A stretch of DNA of 63,093 nt, the filler included, from Stramenopiles sp. TOSAG23-2 (Eukaryota), in assembly GCA_900128395.1 (NCBI GenBank). It is 6 parts of 6 records of this genome, joined end to end, with 100 filler letters (N's around TTAATTAATTAA, not from the genome) between each part and the next. Parts side by side here need not be neighbours in the genome. Positions count along the whole stretch, not along the records: positions 1 to 28,129 come from LT649407.1; positions 28,230 to 56,321 come from LT649408.1; 4 more parts are not named here. The stretch is one strand, 5' to 3'. Numbering within the stretch: the first letter of the stretch is position 1; every line of letters begins with the position of its first letter. A program made the translations under genes and the position numbers. Positions 26,818 to 39,000 of this stretch are shown here, piece by piece. Under the pieces are notes generated by a model that was given only the letters and a program-made list of their open reading frames with translations, was not told the origin of the DNA and did no database searches.

Positions 26818-27333
26818 ATGCCGTCATTAAAGAAAAGAAATGTCATCAGAGAAAATAAGAAAAGTGGAATTGAAGATGGTGGGTGGGATGGTGGGTCTAG
26901 GTTTGAAAATGAATTAATTAAAATTGAAGCAAGAAATGATATACTGGCACATAGTTGGAGAAATGTATTAGCAATAATAAGTTTTATTATGATGGGGTTT
27001 TGTTTATACAATGCATGGATAGATCAACATAATAATCAATATCAATCAATATTTGAAATTACTTCTGGTTTAATAAGTGCGTCTGTTGTCCGTTTTGCCA
27101 TGAGCTCGCCAACAAGCGGATTTGAAAGAGCATTGCAAATTGCTGGTATTGTCCAATTTGTTGTATGGGCATTTTTGACAAAGAATGAATATATATACCA
27201 TATCCATTGTTTACCATTAGGTTCAATGAATGCATTACTTGCAACTTCATCTTTTATGTTTCTCCGTTCAATGAAAAAAAAAACACTGAAATCAATTTCT
27301 ACCTTGCGAGAATTGAAAGAAAAAGTAAACTAA
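26818..27333 (+). CDS. Small multi-pass membrane protein of unknown function
   Basis: 171-aa ORF with about four hydrophobic segments, flanked by AT-rich intergenic DNA. Confidence 0.6.
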   Translation: MPSLKKRNVIRENKKSGIEDGGWDGGSRFENELIKIEARNDILAHSWRNVLAIISFIMMGFCLYNAWIDQHNNQYQSIFEITSGLISASVVRFAMSSPTSGFERALQIAGIVQFVVWAFLTKNEYIYHIHCLPLGSMNALLATSSFMFLRSMKKKTLKSISTLRELKEKVN

Positions 27334-27797
27334 TCCTAATATATAAGAAGAAAGGTATATATTTTTAATATATATATACTATTAAAAATAATATTATATT
27401 ATTACATGTGTTTTGATTTTTGGAGTAATAAATTAAATAAAATAATTATCAGATTTTTTAAAAAATACGGAGTCTAATTCCAATTTTTACAATATTTTTA
27501 CAAATTTCCGATTATTCATATATTTACCATCCTATTTATATATATAAAATGAATATAATTTTTAAACTATAGAAATCAACAAAAATCCCATACATGTTTA
27601 TACCTCTAGGGTATACATACATAGTAATACTAATATGTTGTGGCCACAATAATAATAAATTCAATATATTATTAGAGAGATACATTGAATGTGAATATAT
27701 ACAAATATACAAAGAAGAATATATCATATAATATAAATTTCCAACAAACATATAACAGAAAAAAAAGGAGAAGAAGAAACGTTTTAACATACACAAT

Positions 27798-28129
27798 ATG
27801 GCAAGTATAGCTGAACAAGAAAAAACAAAATTAGGTCTAGCTAGATATTTAAAAACACGTGAAGATGGTGTACGTGAATTAGAATTATCTTGGGAATTAG
27901 CAAATAATTCAAAAGCAATATTATATACAAAAAGACAAAATACAAAACGAATCAATGGAAAACAAATATCGATTGCAATTAAAGATGAGGTTGCAAACGG
28001 GGTGAAAGAGTTAAAAGAATCTATCAATGTTGTCCCAGGTCTAGGTACGATATTAGTAGGTCAACGCCAGGATAGTGCTCTATATGTTCGAATGAAAAAT
28101 AAAGCAGCAGATAAAGTAGGTTTCTATCA
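27798..28129 (+). CDS. folD: Methylenetetrahydrofolate dehydrogenase/cyclohydrolase (FolD family), 3' truncated by scaffold end
   Basis: INGKQIS..IKDEV...PGLGTILVGQRQDSALYVRMKNKAADKVG is the FolD N-terminus including YxxxK. Confidence 0.9.
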
Positions 28130-28229
28130 NNNNNNNNNNNNNNNNNNNNNNNNNNNNNNNNNNNNNNNNNNNNTTAATTAATTAANNNNNNNNNNNNNNN
28201 NNNNNNNNNNNNNNNNNNNNNNNNNNNNN
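28130..28229. other. Artificial scaffold linker
   Basis: 44 N + TTAATTAATTAA (stops in all six frames) + 44 N. Confidence 0.98.
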
Positions 28230-29022
28230 GTAAAGTTAAAAAAAGAAGTGGTGGTGCAGTGGTGATGACATCACCATCATCATAGGATGGATTTCCTGGA
28301 TTCTTGTTGCTCTTAGTGTTGTGGTAGTGCTATTCGTCTTCCAGGAAAGAGGTTGACCAAATGATGCAAAAAATCCCCTCGATTCCTTGGATCATAAGAT
28401 GTCATATTATATTATATATATATATTGTTTCGTGTTATATATTTGTATGTATTATTTGTATCTACATTACAGCTGTATATATATGTAGTATATTTTATTC
28501 AAATTATATATATGCACGCACCTTCGTTTTGTAAAGTTAAAAAAAGAAGTGGTGGTGCAGTGGTGATGACATCACCATCATCATAGGATGGATTTCCTGG
28601 ATTCTTGTTAGATTACATTACTGTCTTAGTGTTGTGGTAGTGCTATTCGTCTTCCAGGAAAGAGGTTGACCAAATGATGCTCTGTCCAGCTGTTATAGCA
28701 TGCCAGGCATGCAAAAAATCAAAAAATTCAAAAGTGGTAGAGCTACCCTACTCAGAACATGAAAGTTAACTTTGTTATAGTACAATGATCCTATAATAGC
28801 ATGCAATGCTGTAAGTAGTAAATATTATCCACTCGTTACAGCACAGGAACAATATCCACCAATATGGGACCTAGATAGAAATCAATTTGAATACTTACAT
28901 GATATGATGAACTTAAAATGATTGCATTAAACTTCTTTGAAAATTTTGGAATACATTTACTGAACAAAACTAAATAATAAAATATAAATGATGCATAATT
29001 AAAATTATGAGATCTATGCTAT

Positions 29023-29053
29023 GAAATCCTGGAACATCATGTTCCAGGATTTC
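29023..29053. repeat. Palindrome with perfect 15-bp arms
   Basis: GAAATCCTGGAACAT-C-ATGTTCCAGGATTTC. Confidence 0.9.
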
Positions 29054-29290
29054 CAGATTTCCTCTAATAACGGCTTCTATGTAATAGCTTATACATGTAC
29101 ACAGACTAGGATATATGTTCACATACATAAATTATATCCATCAATCAAGTATTTAATGTCATTATTATCAAACGATTTCTTTTTGTAAAACCGTTGAGAA
29201 GATATAGAATAACATTTACATATTAAAATTGACCATATATACCGACAATATTTACTAACTGAAAAAAAAAGAATATATATATATATACAT

Positions 29291-30717
29291 ATGGAGAAAC
29301 GACATCGGTTGGATCATTTTTTGCAAAATCATCATGATTCACCATCATCGAAACTAATAGAAGATGAAGAAAAGAAAATGTCATCATCACCAAAAAGTAG
29401 TAATTCAAAAAAGAAAAAGAAAAACAAAGGCTCGCCTACATCACCTTTATCTCCAAGTGCTAATGATAAAATACGAAATCAACCAAAATGGGCATGGCAT
29501 CAAAAAAAGAAAGAAGAAAGAAGTCATAGGAAGCAATTATTTTTATATGAAGGCCCCGAGGATGGTCCTGTAAATTTGCACAACGATGGAGCAGGAGGTA
29601 ACATGGCATATAGAAGAGAGAAACGAAAAATAAGACGTTTAAAATTACATCGAAATCGAAGGCGCTCTTCACCATATTCAAAACATATATCAGAGCAAGA
29701 TGAAAACCAACAACGAGAATGATGACGAAGAAGATGATGTCGACATCGTACAAAAAAGTGGCATTACTGGTGGCATTACTGAAAGCAGAGAAGCTGCTAT
29801 AACAAAACGCCAACACGAGGCACGAGAATGATGACGAAGAAGATGATGTCGACATCGTACAAAAAAGTGGCATTACTGGTGGCATTACTGAAAGCAGAGA
29901 AGCTGCTATAACAAAACGCCAACACGAGGCAGACTTAAGACGACAACGAAAACAACGTTTGATGTCAAGGCTGACAGGTGTACCTGGATTCGATGGAAGA
30001 ATCGGAATTGAAGGCGCTAGGGCGGTGAAAGATATGCTAACTATGAACAATACATTGACTGAACTAGATATAAGTCACAATGTCATTGGTAATGCAGGCA
30101 TTAAATTAGTCTGTGAGGGATTGAAAGATAATACTGGCTTAGTAGGAATTGATTTAAGCGATTCTAATATAAACGAACAGTGTGGAAGGCATGTCAGTAA
30201 AATGTTGAAAGGCCGAGCTGATTTGAATATGTCGTTACGATACATGGTCTTTTGGGGTGCTGAAATTGGCCAGACACAAATAAATTTAATTCAAGCTGCA
30301 TCTGCTAGGCAATGGATAACAATATGGGCATATGATGATAATCCGTTGTTTTACATGCCTGATCGTGATGATGATCCAGAAAAAGATGTACGTGAAGTGG
30401 AAGAAAAAATAAAAGAAAGACAAGAAGTATTGAAAGGTATGTCAAGGTATTTAATGTATCATGAAGATTTTCCATATTGTTGCCGTCAATGTGGTTTAAA
30501 TGATAATTTTGAAAAGATTGAAAATGTTACAATAAGAACAGAATTGCAAGAAGCAGTTGCAAGTGGAAACCAAAAATTGTTAGACAAATTGTTAGATCGT
30601 GTAACAGCTGAAAATCATATAGCAAAAGCAGAAGAGCAGAAGGAGGAGATAAGGGATAAAAGGTCGAAAGGTATTATTGGAGATGATGAATTACCAAATA
30701 ACATCAAGAAGAAGTGA
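29291..30717 (+). CDS. RNI-like leucine-rich-repeat protein, frame disrupted near a 109-bp duplication
   Basis: IGIEGARAVKDMLTMNNTLTELDISHNVIGNAGIKLVCEGLKDNTGLVGIDLSDSNI is an RI-type LRR. The upstream ORF 29291..29722 is probably the same gene. Confidence 0.7.
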
Positions 30718-31384
30718 GAAAAGAGAGAGTGGAGACCACATTAGACAGAATGTGCATGCTTTGCATTTATTTATAAGTATTATAATGAGGTGGTATTTAA
30801 GGTATTATTGGAGATGATGAATTACCAAATAACATCAAGAAGAAGTGAGAAAAAAATTTGTGGTGTGCGTGCGTAAAGTGTATCTTTGAAAAGGGGAAAG
30901 AAGAGAACCCTGCAATTTATAAAATAAATAAAAATAGATGTACGAACTTCGTGTTGTACGTACTTCTCTCGTTAATGAAAAACCGCTGCGGGGGGCGTCT
31001 TTTTTAAAAAATTGTGAAAAAAATAAAAATTTAACGTAATAGACTAGATATATATTATATATATATATTATTTTTTATCATGCATATCATACGAACGTCG
31101 TATCAGGGAGAAACCTGATCATATGTGTGATATATTTTTATAAGTAAAAAGAAATGATAAAGATGCACGAAAAAATTCAACCTCCGCCCTTTTTTTTATT
31201 TAAAAAACTCCCATCAAAATATAATATTATATATATTTATTACGTATTACTTCATTCTTTTCATAAAAAGAAATGATAAAGATGCACGAAAAAATTCAAC
31301 CTCCGCCCTTTTTTTTATTTAAAAAACTCCCATCAAAATATAATATTATATATATTTATTACGTATTACTTCATTCTTTTCATT

Positions 31385-31999
31385 TTAACGATATAAATGT
31401 TCAGAAGCTAAATTTGCTGCAATCAATGGTTCCCATCGGTCACCATTTGCAATCAATTTTTCTTTATCGTACAACAATTCTTCATGCGTTTCTGTTGAAA
31501 ACTCATAATTTGGTCCTTCAACAATAGCATCAACTGGGCATGCTTCTGCACAAAAACCACAGTAAATACATTTCGTCATATCAATATCATATTTCGTTGT
31601 CCTTCTACTGCCATCAGCGCGCGCCTCTGCCTCAATGGTAATTGCTTGTGCTGGACATATTGCCTCACACAATTTACAAGCAATGCACCGTTCCTCACCA
31701 GATGGATATCTTCTTAAAGCATGTTCACCACGGAAACGAGGGGATAATGGACCTTTTTCATGTGGATAGTTAATCGTTGCCTTGTTATCAAAGAAAGCTT
31801 CAGTACAAATGACTAAACCTTTAAAAATTTCATTCATAAACAATACACGACCGAGCCTATCAGCAATCGCATACGCCGAGTTATCCTTTGGCGCAGCATC
31901 ACATGTTGGTGCAGTTGGTTTAAACGTACTCAACGCACGAGTAACAGGTGTTGGGTTCTTTCTAACAACTTGACTAATAACACGACGTCCTAATAACAT
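31385..31999 (-). CDS. NDUFS8: NADH dehydrogenase Fe-S protein 8 (TYKY/NuoI), mitochondrial precursor
   Basis: [29 protein letters not shown] and [16 protein letters not shown]. Presequence MLLGRR...RALST; start placed at 31999. Confidence 0.98.
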   Translation of the reverse strand: MLLGRRVISQVVRKNPTPVTRALSTFKPTAPTCDAAPKDNSAYAIADRLGRVLFMNEIFKGLVICTEAFFDNKATINYPHEKGPLSPRFRGEHALRRYPSGEERCIACKLCEAICPAQAITIEAEARADGSRRTTKYDIDMTKCIYCGFCAEACPVDAIVEGPNYEFSTETHEELLYDKEKLIANGDRWEPLIAANLASEHLYR

Positions 32000-33285
32000 G
32001 GTGTTCAACTTTACACTATATATATATCTATATATCAATATACAAATATTATTTCCTACTGAATATAATGTTTCTTTTGCACTTTATATATACCTAATAT
32101 CTGTATCTACAATATGTCTATATATATGAAACAAACAAATGTATAGTTGTATAATTGTATTGGTATATTACTACAACTACATACATTTATAAGGATATTT
32201 AACGATCATTACTATATACTGTATATAAAACCAACACACACGTGCCCTATTTATTCATTTTTTTATTCTTCATCATATATTACTACAACTACATACATTT
32301 ATAAGGATATTTAACGATCATTACTATATATAAAACCAACACACGTGCCCTATTTATTCATTTTTTTATTATTATTCTTCATCATCATCTGGCCATCATC
32401 ATCATTTTTTATAGCCTTTCAGACAGTGTCGAAAATTGGTGATTGGGAAGGTGATAATGCTATTTTCATATACTATTGGCCAAGGATTCCAAAAACCATC
32501 AACTCAAATTGACTGCACCCAAGAACTGCTGCAGCAACTGCACACACACATAATCTAATTAGACGACTAATAAAAACAAGCTTATTCGTATAGTATTAGA
32601 TATAGTACTTGTTATATACTAATACCAACCAAACTCCTACCATATGATGATATCTCCATTCTAATAACCAATTCGGATTGTAATTGTTAATTGTATCTCA
32701 ATGCTTATTATAAGAAAATGAATGAACCATCATTTTTTATATTTTTATTCTTATACCAAGTAAGGCAAGTACCATCATTTTTACATGATTAGTAGTTTTA
32801 TTTCATAATAAACTAACAACAAAAAAACATTGCAGGTAGAGGAAAAGTGGAGTAAGGCAAGTACCATCATTTTTACATGATTAGTAGTTTTATTTCATAA
32901 TAAACTAACAACAAAAAAACATTGCAGGTAGAGGAAAAGTGGAGTAGACATTATTATATAATATAGAAGATATATATATATATATATTGATTTTCACTGA
33001 AGAACTTATATATATTTACATATAGTTATTAAAAAAAGAGAAGATTTAGATAACGTCAAGATAGAAAATAATATTGTAGATATATATTGTTTATTATTAT
33101 TGGAATTATTATAATAAGTAGTTAAATAATAATAAATAGTTTTAGTATATTATTTATCATATTAGGTATTTGTTAGGTTTTATATTTAGCTTTAATAGTT
33201 TTCATTTTTGATTATTCCGTCTTTTTTTCTTCATAGTTAGACGCATATATACGTATATATTAGTTTTTTATTATAGTAGTTAGTG

Positions 33286-35178
33286 ATGTATGGAAATCAG
33301 AGACAAGGTAACTTTGCAGGCAATGGTGGTTATGCGCAACCGCCTGTAAATTATCAACAACCAAACGGTGGATATATGATGCAACAGCAAGCAATGCCAC
33401 CAGGTATGAATGGCATGAATATGGGAATGCAACAAAATCGTTATGCTGGAAATAATATGAGACCGGGACAACCATCTTACCAACAGATGGATCCATCCGG
33501 TATTAGACCGGGCATGGGTGGCAATGGCGGTTATGGTAGAGGTCCAATGGATGGCCAACATCAAATGCAACAAATGGGTGGTGCTATGAATAATATGCAT
33601 GGACAGCCAAATGGTTATATGAATCCAGGCATGGGACAAAATAATTATCAAAACACTAGAGGATATTACAATGACGGCGGACAGCGCAACAATATGATGG
33701 GCGGCAGTGGAAACCCACGGAATCCAATGCAAGGCAATATTATGGGAAAAGGAAATTTAGGCGGTGGGAGAATGGGAAACGGAGGTATAAATGGTTTTAA
33801 TAATGGTGGAATGGATGGCGGGTTTAACAACTCGGATTTTCCAGCGATAGGTGGCGGGATGATGAATCAAAATGGTGGCATGGGTGTAAATTCATACCAA
33901 AACGCATTGCAACATATGCCAGCACCGCAACCACCAAAACCAGAGTTCAATATGGACGACGAAGATTTTCCAACGTTAGGCGGACCAGCAAAAAAAAAAG
34001 GAGGAGGAGTAGGCGGTGGCGATACTAGTAGTTCAAAAGATGGCGATAGTGGTGTACCACAGCAACAACAAAATAATTCAGATAATATGAATGAAACGAA
34101 GCAAGATGTACAGCGAATGCGGCATAGGCGTCAAGACCAACCAAATCAACAGCAATACCAGCAACAAGGAATGCCATCAGTGTCACATCAACAACGCCAA
34201 CCAAATAATCAGCAGCAGCAGCAACGTATGACAAACCAGACACAGCAGCGACAGCAGCAAATGTCACAACAACAACGTCAAGTACAACAGCAACAACGTA
34301 TGCAACAACAACAGGTAGGCAATAGGCAAGGTGTAAATCAAGCCCCAATTCAATCCAGGCAACAACAACCACCGGCACCGCAGCAACAGGCACCGGGAGT
34401 ACAGCAAAATTCGTTTAATTCTATACGACAGCAGCAACCAATTCAGCAACCTCTTTCCAATGCTAATAATCACAATCAACAGCAGATGAACGATACATTA
34501 GCAAGTGGGCAAACAACACAGGGTCAAGCAGCTCAAGCACAGCAAATGAATGCATTGAAAAATACGTTGATTGATATTGGCAGAGGTTCGCGTGCAGTTG
34601 AAAAGAAAGGTTTGAAAGAAAATCGATATGGAATATTAGGTTTGTTAGACATTATACAAGGAGGCGATCCCAGTATTAGCATATTATCGCTAGGCTTAGA
34701 TTTGAAAGAAATATCCCCACAAGCTGGGGCTAATAGTGGGAAAATGTATGCTCAATTTTCATCCCCATGGTCGAACGAACCGTCAACAAAAGCACCACCA
34801 TATTTTACACCGTCTTGTTACATGATACCACCACCAGCTTTAAAAGCGGGACATTTAAAAAAATTCAATATACAATCATTATTTTACGTATTTTACGCAA
34901 TGCCACGTGATATCTTGGCAATTTATGTAAGCAAGGAATTATATCGTCGAAAATGGATGTATAATAAAAAAGCAATGTCGTGGTTTATTCAGGAAGATGG
35001 GAAGATGTTACAGTATTTCGATACAAAATCATGGAATGTAAAACCTTATAATGGTGGAAACATTTCATTGGACGTTTTAATGGCAAGTATGATGCCAATA
35101 AACGAATTACAAATGCAGGAACGACAACAACAACAGCAGCAGCAGCAACAACAACAACAAGGTCAACCTCAAAAATGA
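33286..35178 (+). CDS. CNOT2: CCR4-NOT subunit 2
   Basis: Q/N/G/M-rich N-terminus with DFP(A/T)(I/L)GG motifs. YGILGLL..LSLGLDL..FSSPW..PSCY..LFYVFYAMPRD..ELYRRKWMY is the NOT2 NAR/NOT-box. Confidence 0.9.
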   Translation: MYGNQRQGNFAGNGGYAQPPVNYQQPNGGYMMQQQAMPPGMNGMNMGMQQNRYAGNNMRPGQPSYQQMDPSGIRPGMGGNGGYGRGPMDGQHQMQQMGGAMNNMHGQPNGYMNPGMGQNNYQNTRGYYNDGGQRNNMMGGSGNPRNPMQGNIMGKGNLGGGRMGNGGINGFNNGGMDGGFNNSDFPAIGGGMMNQNGGMGVNSYQNALQHMPAPQPPKPEFNMDDEDFPTLGGPAKKKGGGVGGGDTSSSKDGDSGVPQQQQNNSDNMNETKQDVQRMRHRRQDQPNQQQYQQQGMPSVSHQQRQPNNQQQQQRMTNQTQQRQQQMSQQQRQVQQQQRMQQQQVGNRQGVNQAPIQSRQQQPPAPQQQAPGVQQNSFNSIRQQQPIQQPLSNANNHNQQQMNDTLASGQTTQGQAAQAQQMNALKNTLIDIGRGSRAVEKKGLKENRYGILGLLDIIQGGDPSISILSLGLDLKEISPQAGANSGKMYAQFSSPWSNEPSTKAPPYFTPSCYMIPPPALKAGHLKKFNIQSLFYVFYAMPRDILAIYVSKELYRRKWMYNKKAMSWFIQEDGKMLQYFDTKSWNVKPYNGGNISLDVLMASMMPINELQMQERQQQQQQQQQQQQGQPQK

Positions 35179-36006
35179 TACATGTTACAGATATGATATT
35201 TGAAATGTATATTACTAATATATGATTATATATTTTAGTATACATCAACAAATATTATACCAAAATGGAAAAACATATCATATATATATATTTTTTAATG
35301 TAATAATTAGAAAGTTTTATTTAGAATTAAATGGATGAGGTGGTATTAATTATAATATGAAAAACGTGTTGTTTGTTTGATGTTATTAATTGCTGTTTGC
35401 AATTGAAATATAATTTTATTTCTGCGTGTAGGTATTGAAAGTAACTACTTGTGATTAGTGTGTGAATGAATGTCATATATAATGCATTAATAGGATGCAT
35501 CTAACAAAAATGTACAGTTTTTAGTTTTTATAAAAACATCATAATTAATAGTTTAATAGAGTGGAAGGCGAGAGTATAGCGAGAATAGACGCACACGCGA
35601 AAAGTTTTTAGATATCATAGGACTTTTTTTTAAAAAAGATTCAAAATAAATATTTTATGTTTTTTTTAAAACACAAACTGTTTGTTATAAAAATTTATTT
35701 TTTATACGACGGTCCCACATATATTTTGACCGACACACACAAAAAATTAAAACTCTCTCTTTCAGTTCAACATTTTTTTAATACGAATTCGTAAGCTAGC
35801 AGTAGTATAAAAAAAAATTGAGCACGCATCCATCATGACTGAAATGACGAACCAACCCATATTCAACAAAAAAAAAAATAGAAGAGTAGCAAAAAACCAT
35901 AGAAGCAACATTCAAAAGATATGTAAAGAACAAACAATAAAGAATATCTTACCATATCAACATAACAGCAACTCAATATTTTGAACACGACAAGAACAAA
36001 TTCACA

Positions 36007-39000
36007 ATGTTAACTATTATATCTTCGTCAGTGAAAAAAAATGTTTTCAAACAACATGTTCATTTTAAAAAAATCAATAATAACAAAAATGTAATAATAA
36101 CAACACGTCGTACTATGGCGACAATGAAAAAATGGAGAGATTATATTAAAGAAAATCCATACTCATATGAACGTGGAGGGGAAGGATATAAGAAGATAGA
36201 GGAGATTATAAATAATTTAAGTCATTCGGAATTGCAAATTTTCGTTAATTTAAGTGGTGCTGCAAAATCATTTGGTTCATTGAGTAAAGAAGCATGGTCC
36301 GTAGAACATTTAGGTTTTAATATTGCAAGAGAAGTTGTCGGTAGACGATTAGGTGTCTCAATGGAAGAAGCACCAGGTCCAAGGTCAAATTCTGGGGAAG
36401 GTGGACAGCTAATGGATGATCCAAATTCAAAAGCATCCATTGTGCAAGTCGCTAGTGGACGTTGGATGGGTGATTCGCCATTGAAATATCTAGCCGATGC
36501 AGAAGAGATTGATATCAAAATTGCACAAGGTGTTAAACCAGGCGACGGTGGACATTTGCCGGGAACAAAAGCTACGCCATTAATTGCGCGTGTGCGCGGT
36601 GCAAGGCCTGGAAGAGATTTATATTCACCACCACCACACCACGACATTTACTCCGTAGAAGATTTAGCACAACTTATACATGATTTGAGGCAAGTCAATC
36701 CTCAGGTAAGAAAAATATGGGTGAAATTAGCATCACGTAGTGGTGTTGGACCGATTTCATTAGTAGTAGCCAAAGCAGGTGCTGGCGTTGAAGTGACTGG
36801 ATTTGGTGGTACTGGTGCTGCAAAAGCAGAGAGCAAACATTTTTATGTAAGAGACAATACACCTGGAATTTTGGAGGTGCGAAATAGTTTAATATCAGAA
36901 GGTTTATGGCCAATAGATTTAGCAGCCAGTGGCCGTATACAAACAGCAGAAGATATCGCACGTGTCGTTTTCATGGGTGCGAATCGTATCAATATGGGCA
37001 CACCACTCATGCTTGCGAATGGATGCGTGAAAGCAGATTCTTGTCAAAATGATGATTGTCCAGTAGGTATTGCGACGCAACAAGAGCATTTAATAGAAAA
37101 ATTCCCAGGAAGGCCAGAAAATGCAATACGTTTCCTTTCTTTTCTATCAAAGCAAACCCAACGAATATTTGATCAATATGGATTAGATTTTCATAGTGCA
37201 CGAGGCCGTGCTGATTTGTTACAAGTTGAAATGAATGAGTCAATACGTACAGGATTGCCTGAATTTTTGAAGCTGCCGGAGCCTCCAGCATGGGCAGCAT
37301 CACTATCAAAAACGCAACGTGTACCGCATGATTTGTTCGATAAAACAACGGAGCAAAAATTAATTGCAAATATTGCATTGTTACCAGATTCCTTAAACGA
37401 AAAAATTGTTTTGAATGAATCTATAACAAACAAGCATAGAACGTTTGGTGCATTGCTTTCGAATCATATCGTTCGAAACAAAGATTTTGAAGAGAAAATT
37501 AATAAAAATGGATTAAGGATTAATTGTGACGGTGTTGGCGGGCTAAGTTTTGGCACTGGATTACCAAAAAACGTTGAATTAGTTGTAGATGGACCGGTTA
37601 ACCATGGTGTAGGCAAAGCATTAAGTGGCGGAACAATCATAGCGCAAGTGATGGGCGATCAAGCTGGATATGGTGCTGGAAACGGTACATTGATCACCCG
37701 CTCAATCGGCGATCGTGCTGCAATTCGGAGTTATGAATTAGATGTCTTAGTCGAGACGACTGGTGATATGAGCTCTTGTTACCGTACTGGTGGCCATTTT
37801 TTCGTTCTAGGGCATCCATCACATTACAATAGCAGTAGTACATTTAAAGTTGGTAATTATAAAAGTATGGATCTATGGTCAAATAACCATGCAATGGGTC
37901 CAGGTATCGGTGGCGGTATGGGTGGTGGCGTAATTGTCCTACCACGTCAATTGCATGAGGAGAATGTATCAAATATGAGATATGCACCATCATTACAAAA
38001 TGTTTTGCCCCGTGATATGAAACCAGAAGAGACGCAGTTGCTTGTAAATTTATTGACTCAAGCAAATGGTGCTTTAAAAGATTGCCAGCTGATGGAAGCA
38101 CTATTAAATGAAGGCGAAACGTTTTTAAATAAACATATGGTTGTCCTTGATCCAGTTGCTGCCCAACCAATTGCCAAAGGAAAACATCATCCAAATGTTA
38201 CATGGAAAAAGCACGAATCAGAGAATTCCGTATTAGCAATCGATTGGGAAAAAGGAAACGAACGTTCAATGAGTGCCTTGAATATTGCGCAAAGTAAAGG
38301 ATTTTTCGATGTATTTCAAGAATTAAGCGGGACAAGTCTTAAAAGAGAAGAATCCAGCGCTTGTGGTGTGCATTTTTTAGGTGCAAAACAAGGATCATCG
38401 AAAGAGGTAGTTGACCGGTTGTTACATAGCTTACATTTAATGGCTCATCGTGCCGGTTATGCTGATCCAAAATCATGTGATGGCGCTGGCATAAATTTAA
38501 AAATTGACGCTGAATTCTGGAAAAACAAGTTCCCAAATTTTAAAGATGTTTTTGAGGACAATAATTATGCCATCGTTGCATCGTTTATTCCAGAGGAAGC
38601 AAAAGCGGGGGAGAAATATATCGCGCGTTTTGAAAAACATTTAATAAATGAAGGTTTGACATTAAGTGCAAAGCGTGAAGTTCCGATGAATAGAGAGCAT
38701 TTTGGTGTTGTTGCCACTACACAGCAATTACCTATCATGCAATTTTTAGTACTGCGTCCAACTGATATGCCCAGTGCTAAATTTGAGGCGGCATTGTTAC
38801 GATTTCAAACACGCATGGATTATGAAACATTAAAATCAACGTGGGACCTAGAGAAAAAACCTTCTATCATATCAGCAGAGCCGGATGGTAATGTTATTTA
38901 CAAAGGTTTAATGGCTCCAAGCGATTTAGCAAATGCATTTCCAGATTTAAAAGATCCATTATGTAAAGCATCTCGCGGTTTAGTTCATGATAGATTTTGT

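Noticed and set aside
15273-31999. Mitochondrial gene cluster (ETFB, NDUFA7-like, PPR-like, NDUFS8)
   Set aside because: NDUFS8 is on a different scaffold, and three neighbours are not enough to claim clustering.
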